Below the pieces are notes generated by a model. That model was given only the letters and a program-made list of their open reading frames with translations, did no database searches and was not told the DNA's origin. Below are positions 16,907 through 26,228 of a stretch of DNA of 64,000 bases, piece after piece. The first letter of the stretch is position 1; the number at the start of each line of letters is the position of its first letter. Made by a program: the position numbers and the translations under genes. Source of the stretch: Anaerolineales bacterium (GTDB lineage Bacteria; Chloroflexota; Anaerolineae; Anaerolineales; UBA11858); assembly GCA_016785015.1 (NCBI GenBank), contig JADHTJ010000007.1:4615-68614 (forward strand). Reading direction: 5' to 3'.

Positions 16907-19786
16907 CTATCTCCGATCCAAGCGCTTTACTAAAATTCCCGTAATGGTCAGTGAAATCACCGCCATGGCGATCAAGACTCCCCAGGATTGCAGTAACATA
17001 TCATCATCATAGGATAGCATCAGATCTTCGGTTGCATCTGGGTAATTGAAGCACAGCGTTTTTCCAGACTGGGACTGGGGTGCCTGTGGATTCTCAGGGA
17101 GTTCGCTGCACACAATTGTGGCTTCCACCTGCTCTTCCATATCAATGGTCACCCCCAGGGCAGTCAGCGACCAGCGAGTGGCAGTCAAGTAGGAGAGGGG
17201 TTCGGCGGCGTTATCGCGTAAATCAAAAACTGTCCCAGCGAAAAAGAACTGGAAGAATAGCAGGATCACCAAGACGTAAATGGCCATGTCGCTCGATTTG
17301 CTGATTGCCGAGACGATGAAACCAACTCCCATACTTGCTAGCATGGTCAAGAACAAAGTGATGAAGAATTCTACGGGGGCAGGCAGATACAGACCCTGTT
17401 CGGGGTAATTGACCCCAAAAGACAAGACCACTAAATACAAGAAGGTTTGGATGGCGGCGAATATGGTGAAGACAGCAATCTTGCTGGCGAGATAGGGCAT
17501 CACTTTCAGGTTGACCATGCGTTCCCGCAAATAGATCGTGCGCTCTTTAATTAATTCGTTCGAGGGCACATACATGCCCACCAACACCGCTTCTAAACCC
17601 ATCACGAACACAAAGGTGTTTAGATCGGCAAAGGGCGTATATCGTTCACTCATGGTTTTGGCTGCCGCTACAGGATCGGCCATAATCCCCGCATCTCCAT
17701 TCAGGATATCCGGGGTGGAAATGATCAATTGCAATGTGGCTGTAAGAGGGAACAGCAGCAGCATCAGCACCAATGTGAACCACTCGCTCTTCAATACTGA
17801 GAACGCTCTTTGGGTGAGTACATTGAGTTGTCGTAAGAAATCTCCAAGGCCAAAACGGATTTTCGGCAACTGTCGCTTAGAAGCTGTTGGCTTCGTATGT
17901 TGTCGTTCAGCGATGTATTGTTGGTGCAATTGGGGTTTCTCTTTATGGAAAACCCTGTGCCATTCATCACCATGACGTTCGATGCGTTGATAAATATCAG
18001 CGAAATCATCAACTTCGAAGAATTCCAAGGTGTCCTGGGATGGGCCGAAATATACCAATTTCCCTTGTGATAAGAAGGCCACATGATCGGTCTGTCGGAT
18101 GTTGTCAGTGGCGTGAGTAATCAAGATCACCGTGCGTCCTTCGTCGGCCATGCGGCGCAGGGTGTACATCATTTTTTTCTCTAAGCCGGGATCCAACCCA
18201 GAGGTAGCTTCATCGAGGTAGATCAGCTTAGGGTCTGCCAATAATTCGGCGGCTATGCTGACGCGCTTGCGCTGTCCACCAGAGAGGTTGCTGATGCGCG
18301 TGCTGCGGATGGTGTCTGTGTTCATACTGACGGTGTCTAAAACTTCACTGATGCGTTTTGATCTCTCTGCCTTGGAAATGTCTGAGGGCAGGCGTAATCT
18401 TGCCGCGTAATCGAGCGCCTTTTCGACTGTCAGCATTGAATGCAGGATATCCGATTGGGGTACATAGCCGAGTTGATGGCGGAAGTGTTCGTACTCCTTG
18501 TAAAAGTCATGCCCGTTGAGACGTACATCCCCTTCACCGGGCTTGAAGCCGATCAGGGCGTTCATGAAGGTGCTCTTCCCAGCTCCGCTGCCCCCAACTA
18601 CGGCAATGAATTCGCGCGGCAAAATCGTCATATCGATATTATGCAAGATGCGTAATGGACCACTGCGAGTTTTGACATCTTTGCTCAGATTAGTTACATC
18701 CACGCGCATGCCGTGGCTGTGGTATTCGGTTAATAGCCCATTTTGAAATAGTAGGACATTCTTCCCAATCTGGATTTGATCCCCTTCGAGGAGCTCTACG
18801 CGCGTGATGGCTTGTTGGTTTACGAATGTGCCGTTGGTGCTGCCTAAATCTTCGATCCAATAATTGTCACCAAGTTGGCGAATCCGGGCATGCTGCCGGG
18901 AAACATCTGCATCGCTGAGTACGATATCGCCATCATCGGCGCGACCGATGGAGATTTCCCGCAATTCAGTCACCATGGTTGGCTCTGCAAGTGTGGGGGA
19001 GAAGCCAGTTACGTCGATACCAAATTCCGTGGGGTTGTGGAATATCATGCCGATGGAGACGCCAAAACTTTCGTCACCGATGCGAATGACATTTTCGTGG
19101 GTAAGCGGTGTCGGAGTGCCGGGTTCCAACAAGTGATCGTTGAGTCGCGTGCCGTTGGTGCTATTCAGATCTGTGAGGGTATAGCCCTGATCAATGCACC
19201 GAATTTCGGCGTGTTTACTGGATACAAACCGTAGTCTCGAGGGAATCACGAGATCGCAATCAGCGCTGCGTCCTAGCAGAATGACATCTTTGGAAATATG
19301 AAATATCCCGGTTTGCCCGTTGGGCCAGTGGACATCTAGATAGGGATGGTCTGTGGGGGAGTGGGGTTGTATACTTATCGGTGTGGGCTCATCGACATCG
19401 GAGCTGGGTTCTTGCTCCTCAACAAGCACCTCCACGCCAAGATGGAAAGTCACCTGAACTAACTGCCCTAATTTTTCTAAGCCAATTTGGATCGTGTCGC
19501 CATCTTTGAGCAGGCTGCTCTGATTAACCCGGTTTCCATTTAGCAAGACTCCGTTTCTGCTGCCGAGGTCAACGACTCGATATTGAGCCCCATCTCGACG
19601 GATTTCCATGTGCTTTCTGGAGATTGAGTTATATTCACCGGGTGGGATGATGTCATTGTCTTTGCCCCTTCCAATGCGAACAATTTCCTGTTCTAGTGTA
19701 TAAGTTTGTTGTTCTCCAGATGGCCAGGCGATGATTAGCTTTGATCGCTGGTACATCATGGTATCCGCTGGGGTTGTTTGAGACAT
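16907..19786 (-). CDS. Triple-FHA-domain ABC transporter (ATPase + ABC-2/ABCG-type permease fused)
   Basis: Three FHA cores (IVRIGRGKDNDI..SRKHMEI..LGSRNGVLLNG; ILLGRSADCDL..SSKHAEI..LNSTNGTRLN; ISIGRADDGDI..SRQHARI..LGSTNGTFVN). Then Walker A GGSGAGKST, signature LSGGQRKRVSIA, Walker B LIYLDEATSGLD, then about 6 TM helices. Confidence 0.9.
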   Translation of the reverse strand: MSQTTPADTMMYQRSKLIIAWPSGEQQTYTLEQEIVRIGRGKDNDIIPPGEYNSISRKHMEIRRDGAQYRVVDLGSRNGVLLNGNRVNQSSLLKDGDTIQIGLEKLGQLVQVTFHLGVEVLVEEQEPSSDVDEPTPISIQPHSPTDHPYLDVHWPNGQTGIFHISKDVILLGRSADCDLVIPSRLRFVSSKHAEIRCIDQGYTLTDLNSTNGTRLNDHLLEPGTPTPLTHENVIRIGDESFGVSIGMIFHNPTEFGIDVTGFSPTLAEPTMVTELREISIGRADDGDIVLSDADVSRQHARIRQLGDNYWIEDLGSTNGTFVNQQAITRVELLEGDQIQIGKNVLLFQNGLLTEYHSHGMRVDVTNLSKDVKTRSGPLRILHNIDMTILPREFIAVVGGSGAGKSTFMNALIGFKPGEGDVRLNGHDFYKEYEHFRHQLGYVPQSDILHSMLTVEKALDYAARLRLPSDISKAERSKRISEVLDTVSMNTDTIRSTRISNLSGGQRKRVSIAAELLADPKLIYLDEATSGLDPGLEKKMMYTLRRMADEGRTVILITHATDNIRQTDHVAFLSQGKLVYFGPSQDTLEFFEVDDFADIYQRIERHGDEWHRVFHKEKPQLHQQYIAERQHTKPTASKRQLPKIRFGLGDFLRQLNVLTQRAFSVLKSEWFTLVLMLLLFPLTATLQLIISTPDILNGDAGIMADPVAAAKTMSERYTPFADLNTFVFVMGLEAVLVGMYVPSNELIKERTIYLRERMVNLKVMPYLASKIAVFTIFAAIQTFLYLVVLSFGVNYPEQGLYLPAPVEFFITLFLTMLASMGVGFIVSAISKSSDMAIYVLVILLFFQFFFAGTVFDLRDNAAEPLSYLTATRWSLTALGVTIDMEEQVEATIVCSELPENPQAPQSQSGKTLCFNYPDATEDLMLSYDDDMLLQSWGVLIAMAVISLTITGILVKRLDRR

Positions 19787-19870
19787 CTTATGCCCTCCGA
19801 AGAAAGATGACCGATGTTATTATTCCTGTACTCATTTATAACATAACATAGAATCAGAAGGTGTAAGAAT

Positions 19871-20098
19871 ATGACATTATCCATCGAAGAAATCAAACGC
19901 ATAATCTCGCTTCAATTGGGAACCAGGGATATCGGTGATGAGGATCGCTTCCTCGAGGATTTGGATGCCGAATCCGTTGACGTAATGAATATCGTTGTGG
20001 CCATCGAAGAGAAATATCAGATTGAGATTAGGGAATCCGAAATTCCTAACATTCTTACACCCATAGATTTGTATGGCTTAGTGAAAGATCGAATCTAG
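19871..20098 (+). CDS. Acyl carrier protein (stand-alone)
   Basis: 75 aa, acidic. Phosphopantetheine-site-like LEDLDAESVDVMNIVVAIEE. Confidence 0.7.
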   Translation: MTLSIEEIKRIISLQLGTRDIGDEDRFLEDLDAESVDVMNIVVAIEEKYQIEIRESEIPNILTPIDLYGLVKDRI

Positions 20099-20122
20099 AA
20101 CTTATCTCAAAAATACTCTATG

Positions 20123-20239
20123 GTCACTCTGAGAGAGCGTGCCGCGCATTGCGGCCCTTCGGGCAGGCAGGCCTGTGGCGAGCGAGCGAAGAGTCTCTTA
20201 TACTAAGATTTTCAGATCCTTCGCTGCGCTCAGGATGAC
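20123..20239. repeat. Palindromic repeat of the GTCATCCTGAGCGAAGCGAAGGATC family (interrupted left arm)
   Basis: Right arm GATCCTTCGCTGCGCTCAGGATGAC (20215-20239) is the reverse complement of the 25-mer at 25744-25768 with one mismatch. Left arm GTCACTCTGAGAGAGCG...GAGCGAGCGAAGAGTCTC. Confidence 0.6.
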
Positions 20240-20257
20240 AGCTAGGAAATTTAACTG

Positions 20258-21850
20258 ATGCTCACGAAAAATTTCAAAACTTTGATCGAAATGCTTGCTT
20301 ACAGGGCAAAAAATGACCCTGAGAAAGTAGCATTTACCTTTTTGGGCGAGCCATACACTTATGCTGGTATCTGGACTGAGATCAATCATTTTGGGGCATA
20401 TCTTCAGGAATTGGGGATATCTCATGGAGATCGGGTTGTTCTGGCTTTGCCCAACAGCGCTGAATTCTTTGGGGCGTTCTACGGCGTACAACGCGTTGGG
20501 GCAATTGCCGTACCCTTGTTCCCTGGCTCTGGCCCGAAGAGAATATTTTCTGTTGCCAAATTATGTGGAGCGAGAGTCATTGTTGCACCAAGCTCTATCC
20601 CTGGGCATCAGCTAGAACAGTACAAAACGATGGGAGAAGAACAGGGTTTGGATGTAGTCACCACCTTAGATAGTCAGCACGCAGCTCCACAACATTTCCC
20701 AACGATCAAGCCTGAAGATGTTGCATTTATTCAATTTACCTCGGGCAGTACCGGAAATCCCAAAGGTGTGCAGCTATCCCACGATAACCTGATCACCAAT
20801 GTGGTACAGATGATCATCGGTATGGAGATCACCAAAGACGAGATTTTTGTGAGTTGGCTGCCGGTATACCACGATATGGGCTTGATCCTGAAAACTATGG
20901 TGCCATTTTATTTGGGCGCAGAAGTGCACTTATTAGAAGCAAATTTGCGCAACATTCGTACCTGGTTGAACATCATTCAAAAGCAGCGGGCGACCTTTAC
21001 AGCCGCGCCAGATTTTGCTTATCGATTGTGTGTACGTCATGTGGACCCTGGAAATTATGACCTGAGCAGCCTGCGGGTGGCCCTCAATGCTGCTGAACCC
21101 GTTCGTGCTGAGACGATCCGTGATTTTGAAGATGCCTTTGGCTTGAAGGATGTGATGGTCGCAGGCTATGGATTGGCGGAAGCCACTGTGGGGGTCAGTA
21201 TGTGGAAACCTGGTTCTACGCCCAGGGTGGATGGGCGCGGATTCGTCTCTGTGGGCCTGCCATTCCCCGAAGTGGAAGTGAAGATCATAGAGAATGGGAA
21301 AGAATTACCTTCGGGAGAAATTGGCGAGATTGCCATTCGCAGCACAGCCAATTCGAGGGGATATTTGGACAACCCTGAAGAAACGGATCAGCTTTTTACA
21401 GGGGATGGCTTCTTGCTCTCTGGTGATCTAGGTTATCTGGATAAAGATGGATATCTCTACATCATCAGCCGCAAAAAGAATATCATCAAGCGAGCTGGAC
21501 AAACCATCTCACCGCATGAACTCGAGGAGATTGTTGACCGCCATGATGTCGTTCGTTATTCAGCAGCCATAGGCGTGGATAAAGGCGGCATCGAGGGGGA
21601 GCAAATCTATATTTTTGCGGAAATCCGCAATGTTGGAATACAATCAGAAGATGATTTATTCGATTTGACATTGAATCTGGTGGATTCGATACATGCTGAT
21701 ATGGGTTTTCGGCCAGGGAGGGTCTATCTGCTCAAGCGGCAGTCAATCCCCTTGACCCATAATGGGAAAATCCAGCACGCGCGCTTGAAGGCCAAATATT
21801 TAGAGGGGGATTTGCGAGTTTCTGGAGCAATTCTTTTCCCAGATTATTAG
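20258..21850 (+). CDS. AMP-dependent synthetase/ligase, fatty acyl-AMP ligase (FAAL)-like
   Basis: AMP-binding motif FIQFTSGSTGNPKGV, GYGLAEATV, and a FAAL-like N-terminus (LAYRAKNDPEKVAFTFL). Confidence 0.8.
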   Translation: MLTKNFKTLIEMLAYRAKNDPEKVAFTFLGEPYTYAGIWTEINHFGAYLQELGISHGDRVVLALPNSAEFFGAFYGVQRVGAIAVPLFPGSGPKRIFSVAKLCGARVIVAPSSIPGHQLEQYKTMGEEQGLDVVTTLDSQHAAPQHFPTIKPEDVAFIQFTSGSTGNPKGVQLSHDNLITNVVQMIIGMEITKDEIFVSWLPVYHDMGLILKTMVPFYLGAEVHLLEANLRNIRTWLNIIQKQRATFTAAPDFAYRLCVRHVDPGNYDLSSLRVALNAAEPVRAETIRDFEDAFGLKDVMVAGYGLAEATVGVSMWKPGSTPRVDGRGFVSVGLPFPEVEVKIIENGKELPSGEIGEIAIRSTANSRGYLDNPEETDQLFTGDGFLLSGDLGYLDKDGYLYIISRKKNIIKRAGQTISPHELEEIVDRHDVVRYSAAIGVDKGGIEGEQIYIFAEIRNVGIQSEDDLFDLTLNLVDSIHADMGFRPGRVYLLKRQSIPLTHNGKIQHARLKAKYLEGDLRVSGAILFPDY

Positions 21851-21952
21851 GAAATAAATGCCCGATATGGATTTTGCTATGTCGCCATAATTGCCACAAT
21901 CACCGTAATTCGGAAAATATTGTAAAAATACGACGAATTATTTTATATTATG

Positions 21953-21980
21953 TTGACATAATTGCGATATTCGTTACAAT
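21953..21980 (+). promoter_or_regulatory. Candidate sigma70-type promoter (TTGACA-16 nt-TACAAT) immediately upstream of the Lrp gene
   Basis: Read directly. The -10 box ends 6 nt before ATG 21987, which would imply a leaderless or very short-leader mRNA. Confidence 0.3.
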
Positions 21981-21986
21981 AAGGCT

Positions 21987-22478
21987 ATGCTAGATGATAT
22001 TGATCGTGCCATTATTGCGCATTTGCAATATGACGGCCGCGCCCCCTACACCAAGATCGCCAAAGAATTAGATATTACCGAGGGTTCGGTCAGGCGCAGG
22101 GTCAAACGGTTGGTTGACGAAGGGGTTATGCAAATTGTGGCTATTGTCGAGCCGCAAGAATTGGGTTGGCATGAAGCCGGCATGATCGGCATCAATGTGC
22201 AGGCACATCGCATTCAAGAAGTAGCTGATGCCATCGCCCAATTACCCGAAGTATCTTATCTTTTCCAGGCTGCCGGGGAGTTCGATCTCTTTGCAGAGGT
22301 CTATTGCAAAGATCGTCAACACTTTGTCTCTTTCTTGAATAACAAATTACAGAAAGTGTCCGGGGTGGAACGCACGCAATCATTCTTGATTCTCAAGATG
22401 CATAAATTATCCTATCGCTGGGGTGAAGCAGAGCCGCCCTTTGCCGAACATTTCCAAACCAACAATCCAACTGAATAG
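21987..22478 (+). CDS. Lrp/AsnC family transcriptional regulator
   Basis: HTH: LDDIDRAIIAHLQYDGRAPYTKIAKELDITEGSVRRRVKRL, plus a C-terminal RAM/AsnC_trans_reg domain. Confidence 0.9.
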   Translation: MLDDIDRAIIAHLQYDGRAPYTKIAKELDITEGSVRRRVKRLVDEGVMQIVAIVEPQELGWHEAGMIGINVQAHRIQEVADAIAQLPEVSYLFQAAGEFDLFAEVYCKDRQHFVSFLNNKLQKVSGVERTQSFLILKMHKLSYRWGEAEPPFAEHFQTNNPTE

Positions 22479-22501
22479 AATTATGGAGCAAGAAATCTTT
22501 G

Positions 22502-23926
22502 ATGCATTGGAATCAAACCTCTGACGAAATTGCTAATTTGGTTCATCGTAAATCCGTTGAAATCCTCTCCGAAGTTGGTTTCAGTGTGCCTGATTCCGAA
22601 ACACTGGCAAAATTGAAGTCTGCGGGATTTCTCGTAGATGATGAGTCTCAAATGGTTCGCATCACAAAGGATCTCTTGGATGAAGCCCTACATACCTTGC
22701 CGCAAAACGTCAAACTCTATCGGCGAGGCAGTCAAGTTGGTTTGGATTTCAAGAGCCGCTCGCATTTCATGGGCGCAGGCACTCCGGTGAATGTGCAAGA
22801 TTTGGATACCGGAGAACGCCGCGCCGCGACCCGTCAGGATGTGCGCGATTTTGTAACCCTGCAGGATGCCTTATTCCAGGTGGATATTGTGCGCCCTACC
22901 GTGACTGCTACGGACATGGGCGAAGGATCTGATCTAATCGAAATTGCCGAACTGTTGAGATTTACCCAGAAGCCGATTGTCCACCGCACTTTATCACCCG
23001 ATAGAGTGGATGCAGCGGTAGCGATGCTGGCAGCTGTTGCCGGGGGAGAGAAAAGCCTAAGGGAGTATCCAAATTTTGCTACCCTTTATTGCCCAATCAG
23101 CCCGGCCTATTTCACCGAGGAGAATATCCAGTGTATGCTGCGCTGGGCTCATCATGGTGTGCCGATCACCTTGCTTAGTATGGCTATGGGCGGTGCATCA
23201 GCCCCGGCGACTCTGTTGGGGGAGTTAGTCGTCATCAATTTAGAAATTTTGGCCTGGATGATTGTGCTGCAAATCTTGTTCCCTGGCACGCCGTTGTTGT
23301 ATGGCAGCGTCTCCAGCGTGCTGGACATGCGTACAGGCATATTGCCCCTGGGTGCCCCCGAAAGGGGTATGATCAACAGCGGCGCGGCAATTATGGCCAA
23401 TTTTTATGGCATTCCTTCGATGTGTGGTGGGCTGTCCACGGACGCCAAAGAAGTGGATGTGCAGGCTGGTTTTGAAAAATCGGTCACAGCATTTCCATTG
23501 TTGGTCGAGGGAGCAAGTATTATCTACGGGGTGGGGGCGGTGGATGCTGGGTCAGCGATTTCGTATTCCCAGATGGTCATGGACAACGAGTTGATTGCAG
23601 GATTGCGACGCATGATGGAAGGCATTACGGTTCATGATCTGGATGAGGAAATTGAGCTGATCAAGGCCAATATCCCGCGTGGCAATTTCTTGAAAGAGAA
23701 ACATACCCGCAGAAATTACAAACGGCATTGGCAGCCAGAACTACTGAATAAAGATGCCTATGAAACCTGGGTAGTAGATAGGGTGCAAGTTGCTGAGAAG
23801 AGCAGGCTGAAAGCTAAAGACATCCTGGTCTCTCACCAGCCACTTTGCTTGCCTGCAGAGGTAGAAGCGGAGATCGAACGGATATTACGTAAACATCTGG
23901 CACCAGATTTTGCCCTGAATAAATGA
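22502..23926 (+). CDS. MttB-superfamily (trimethylamine methyltransferase-like, non-Pyl) methyltransferase, divergent paralog
   Basis: COG5598-like architecture. N-terminal ..VEILSEVGFSV and C-terminal GNFLKEKHTRRNY motif. No in-frame TAG. Confidence 0.8.
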   Translation: MHWNQTSDEIANLVHRKSVEILSEVGFSVPDSETLAKLKSAGFLVDDESQMVRITKDLLDEALHTLPQNVKLYRRGSQVGLDFKSRSHFMGAGTPVNVQDLDTGERRAATRQDVRDFVTLQDALFQVDIVRPTVTATDMGEGSDLIEIAELLRFTQKPIVHRTLSPDRVDAAVAMLAAVAGGEKSLREYPNFATLYCPISPAYFTEENIQCMLRWAHHGVPITLLSMAMGGASAPATLLGELVVINLEILAWMIVLQILFPGTPLLYGSVSSVLDMRTGILPLGAPERGMINSGAAIMANFYGIPSMCGGLSTDAKEVDVQAGFEKSVTAFPLLVEGASIIYGVGAVDAGSAISYSQMVMDNELIAGLRRMMEGITVHDLDEEIELIKANIPRGNFLKEKHTRRNYKRHWQPELLNKDAYETWVVDRVQVAEKSRLKAKDILVSHQPLCLPAEVEAEIERILRKHLAPDFALNK

Positions 23927-23927
23927 A

Positions 23928-24094
23928 AATATTCAACTCCACGTTGCCACATGCTAAACCACCCTTCGACTGCGACGACTGAATTGATGGGTATCGACCT
24001 TTATTCCCTGAGCAGACCGAAGCATAGTCGAAGGGCAGTGATGAAGCGTCTCCGCTCAGGATCGAAAATTGAAAGTTGGCAGCTTGGAGCATTT
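23928..24094. repeat. MITE-like element, copy 2
   Basis: Arms ATTCAACTCCACGTTGCCAC / GTTGGCAGCTTGGAGCATTT. Shares GTCGAAGGG and GCGTCTCCGCTCAGGAT with copy 1 (15729-15925). Fills the gap between two mttB-like genes. Confidence 0.6.
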
Positions 24095-24119
24095 ACACGG
24101 ATAATTGAAGCGAGTGAAG

Positions 24120-25571
24120 ATGATTACCATTGAACCTATTCAATCAAAAATCCATCTTGAAGTTTTGACTCCCGATCAATTGGCGGAGATCAAAACGGCT
24201 ACGCTGCATGTTTTAGCCGAAGTTGGTGTGAAATTTCCTTCAGAGAAAGCGCTGAAAACCTTTGCCGAGCATGGCGCGCAGGTCGACTTCGAGAGCAGCA
24301 TCGTGCGCATGTCCCCAGAGTTTGTGTTGGATGCTATTACGAAAGCGCCGCGCCAATACCTTCTATCTGGGCGCGCAGAAGGAACGGATTTGCATCTTGG
24401 AAGCGGAAATTCGTATTTCGCCACGGATGGCTGTGGTCATGAAACCGTCGATTTCGAAACCGGAGAGCGGCGGCTTTCTTGCAAAGAAGATGTTGCCAAA
24501 ATGGCGCGTGTGTCCGATTATCTCTCCTCGATTGCATTCTTCTGGCCGATGGTCAGCGCTCAAGATTATGGGAAGTTAGCACCTCTTCATGAGATGGATG
24601 CCGCCTTCAATAATCTGACTAAGCACGTTCAGACTGAAACGGTCATGGGCGAGCCGATGGCTCGATACGCTGTTGAAATGGCTACGGTGATCGCTGGAGA
24701 CATGCAAACCCTCCGGGAACAGCCGCCCCTCTCGAGCCTGGTTTGTACCATAGCTCCATTGGGACAGGATAAAGAAGGCATTGAAGGTGCCATGGTGTTC
24801 GCAGCCGCAGGTATTCCCGTTGGCTTTATGGGCATGCCCAATATGGGCTCTACGGCTCCTGCAGTCCCGGGAGGGGCTTTGGTTGTCGGTAACGCTGAGG
24901 CTGTCAGTGCTATGGTGCTAATGCAGTTAGTCTCCCCGGGAGCACCAGTCTTCCAGGCCTTGTTAGTTTCAGGTATGAATCCCCAATCGGCGGATTATAT
25001 TGTCAGTTCGCCTGAGAAATATCTTTGCAATGCGGCTGCGGTACAGATGGCCCACGATTGGGGCGTGCCCTCTCTTGCTGGGACATTTGGAGTCGACGCC
25101 CCCGAGCCGGACACCTGGCAGTTGGGGCGGGACAGCGTCTATACCGCGTTGATGAGCGCCCTGTCAGGGACAGATATTACGATTGGATTGGGGATGCTGA
25201 AAGCCTCAACATTACTTGTCCCCGAACAAATCATCTTCGATGATGAGATCTATCACACCAACCGCATCCTGGGCCAGGGTTTGGATACCACTCCCAAGGG
25301 TTTGGGGTTGGATGTGATTGCTGCGGTCGGTTCCGATGAGCATTACCTGGCGCAGAAACATACCCGAAAACATCTTCGCCAGCGTTGGATTCCCAAATTG
25401 ACTCACCCTTTGCCATCGATGGATGCTTCCCCATTACCAGATATTCGCCAGCGAGCCAGAGCTGAATTTGATCGTATTTTGTCTGAACACCAACCTGAAC
25501 CCCTCAGCAGTAATCAACAGAAGGAATTAAATAAAATCTTGCAAGCGGCTGAAAAAGAACTTGGTACGTAA
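24120..25571 (+). CDS. MttB-superfamily (non-Pyl) substrate:corrinoid methyltransferase
   Basis: LTPDQLAEIKTATLHVLAEVGVKFPSEKALKTFAEHGAQVD, MARVSDYLSSIAFFWPMVSAQD and HYLAQKHTRKHL motifs. ATG 24120 aligns with the paralog N-termini (the ORF-track TTG at 24105 is less likely). Confidence 0.9.
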   Translation: MITIEPIQSKIHLEVLTPDQLAEIKTATLHVLAEVGVKFPSEKALKTFAEHGAQVDFESSIVRMSPEFVLDAITKAPRQYLLSGRAEGTDLHLGSGNSYFATDGCGHETVDFETGERRLSCKEDVAKMARVSDYLSSIAFFWPMVSAQDYGKLAPLHEMDAAFNNLTKHVQTETVMGEPMARYAVEMATVIAGDMQTLREQPPLSSLVCTIAPLGQDKEGIEGAMVFAAAGIPVGFMGMPNMGSTAPAVPGGALVVGNAEAVSAMVLMQLVSPGAPVFQALLVSGMNPQSADYIVSSPEKYLCNAAAVQMAHDWGVPSLAGTFGVDAPEPDTWQLGRDSVYTALMSALSGTDITIGLGMLKASTLLVPEQIIFDDEIYHTNRILGQGLDTTPKGLGLDVIAAVGSDEHYLAQKHTRKHLRQRWIPKLTHPLPSMDASPLPDIRQRARAEFDRILSEHQPEPLSSNQQKELNKILQAAEKELGT

Positions 25572-25581
25572 AACAAAATAA

Positions 25582-25614
25582 AAAGCTAAACTTCTTCAAG
25601 AAGTTTAGCTTTTC
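25582..25614. terminator. Bidirectional hairpin terminator
   Basis: aaaagctaaacttcttcaagaagtttagctttt: near-perfect palindrome with flanking A and T runs, 10 nt after the stop. Confidence 0.7.
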
Positions 25615-25743
25615 GATGGCCAGGTTTCCTTTTTTTGATCAGATATCCAATGCTTGATCATCGATTTTAGATGCACAAGAACAAAGGAAAACTTCGGAAG
25701 TCGCACCAAATTAATGCCATGAGTAATTATTTCTCTTAAGATT

Positions 25744-25797
25744 GTCATCCTGAGCGAAGCGAAGGATCTGGAACTCCGTATGGTTAGATTCTTCGCC
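25744..25797. repeat. GTCATCCTGAGCGAAGCGAAGGATC-family repeat with hairpin GCGAAGGATCT...AGATTCTTCGC
   Basis: Read directly. Related to the element at 20123-20239. Confidence 0.6.
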
Positions 25798-25871
25798 TTG
25801 GTGGAGCTCACGTCCTAGGCAGGTTGGTGCCCTTAATAAATTTTTTGAAGTACTTGCAAAACAGGCAATAA

Positions 25872-26213
25872 TTAACAGGCCATATAAACTTTGCGAATGG
25901 TTTCAATCACATGACTGGTGCCGCACCAGCCCTTGCGCAAATATAGGGCATCCCCGGCTTTAACCTCATATTCATCGCCTTCATCCCCGATCAGCTTCCA
26001 ATGCCCCTGCAAGATAAAGCAAAATTCGTCGCTTTCCCTTTCCATACGATATTTCCCTGGGGAGCACTGCCAAATCCCGGCATCGCGCCCGGCATCATCA
26101 GCAAATATCTCCATCCAGGCTGTTGATGGTGCTGTGTCTTCCAAGGCTTGGGGATGCACACCCGTATCTTCTAAAACTTGTTCCATGGCTTGTTTTATGA
26201 CAGGTAGTTTCAT
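25872..26213 (-). CDS. Cupin domain protein (DUF861/cupin_3-like)
   Basis: 113 aa. GIWQCSPGKY..ESDEFCFILQGHWKL..GDEYEVKAGDALYLRKGW is typical of small EutQ/DUF861 cupins. Confidence 0.65.
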   Translation of the reverse strand: MKLPVIKQAMEQVLEDTGVHPQALEDTAPSTAWMEIFADDAGRDAGIWQCSPGKYRMERESDEFCFILQGHWKLIGDEGDEYEVKAGDALYLRKGWCGTSHVIETIRKVYMAC

Positions 26214-26228
26214 GATCTTCTCCTAAGA

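Noticed and set aside
16716-17012. 98-aa ORF (MSYAVAPLTPQPWGESLGISPQNWGAGG...).
   Set aside because: Its N-terminal half is the read-through translation of the C-run/G-run palindromic repeat, and its 3' end overlaps the FHA-ABC gene. It is a repeat artefact. The same applies to 20198..20491 (contains VILSAAKDL from the GTCATCCTGAGCG repeat).
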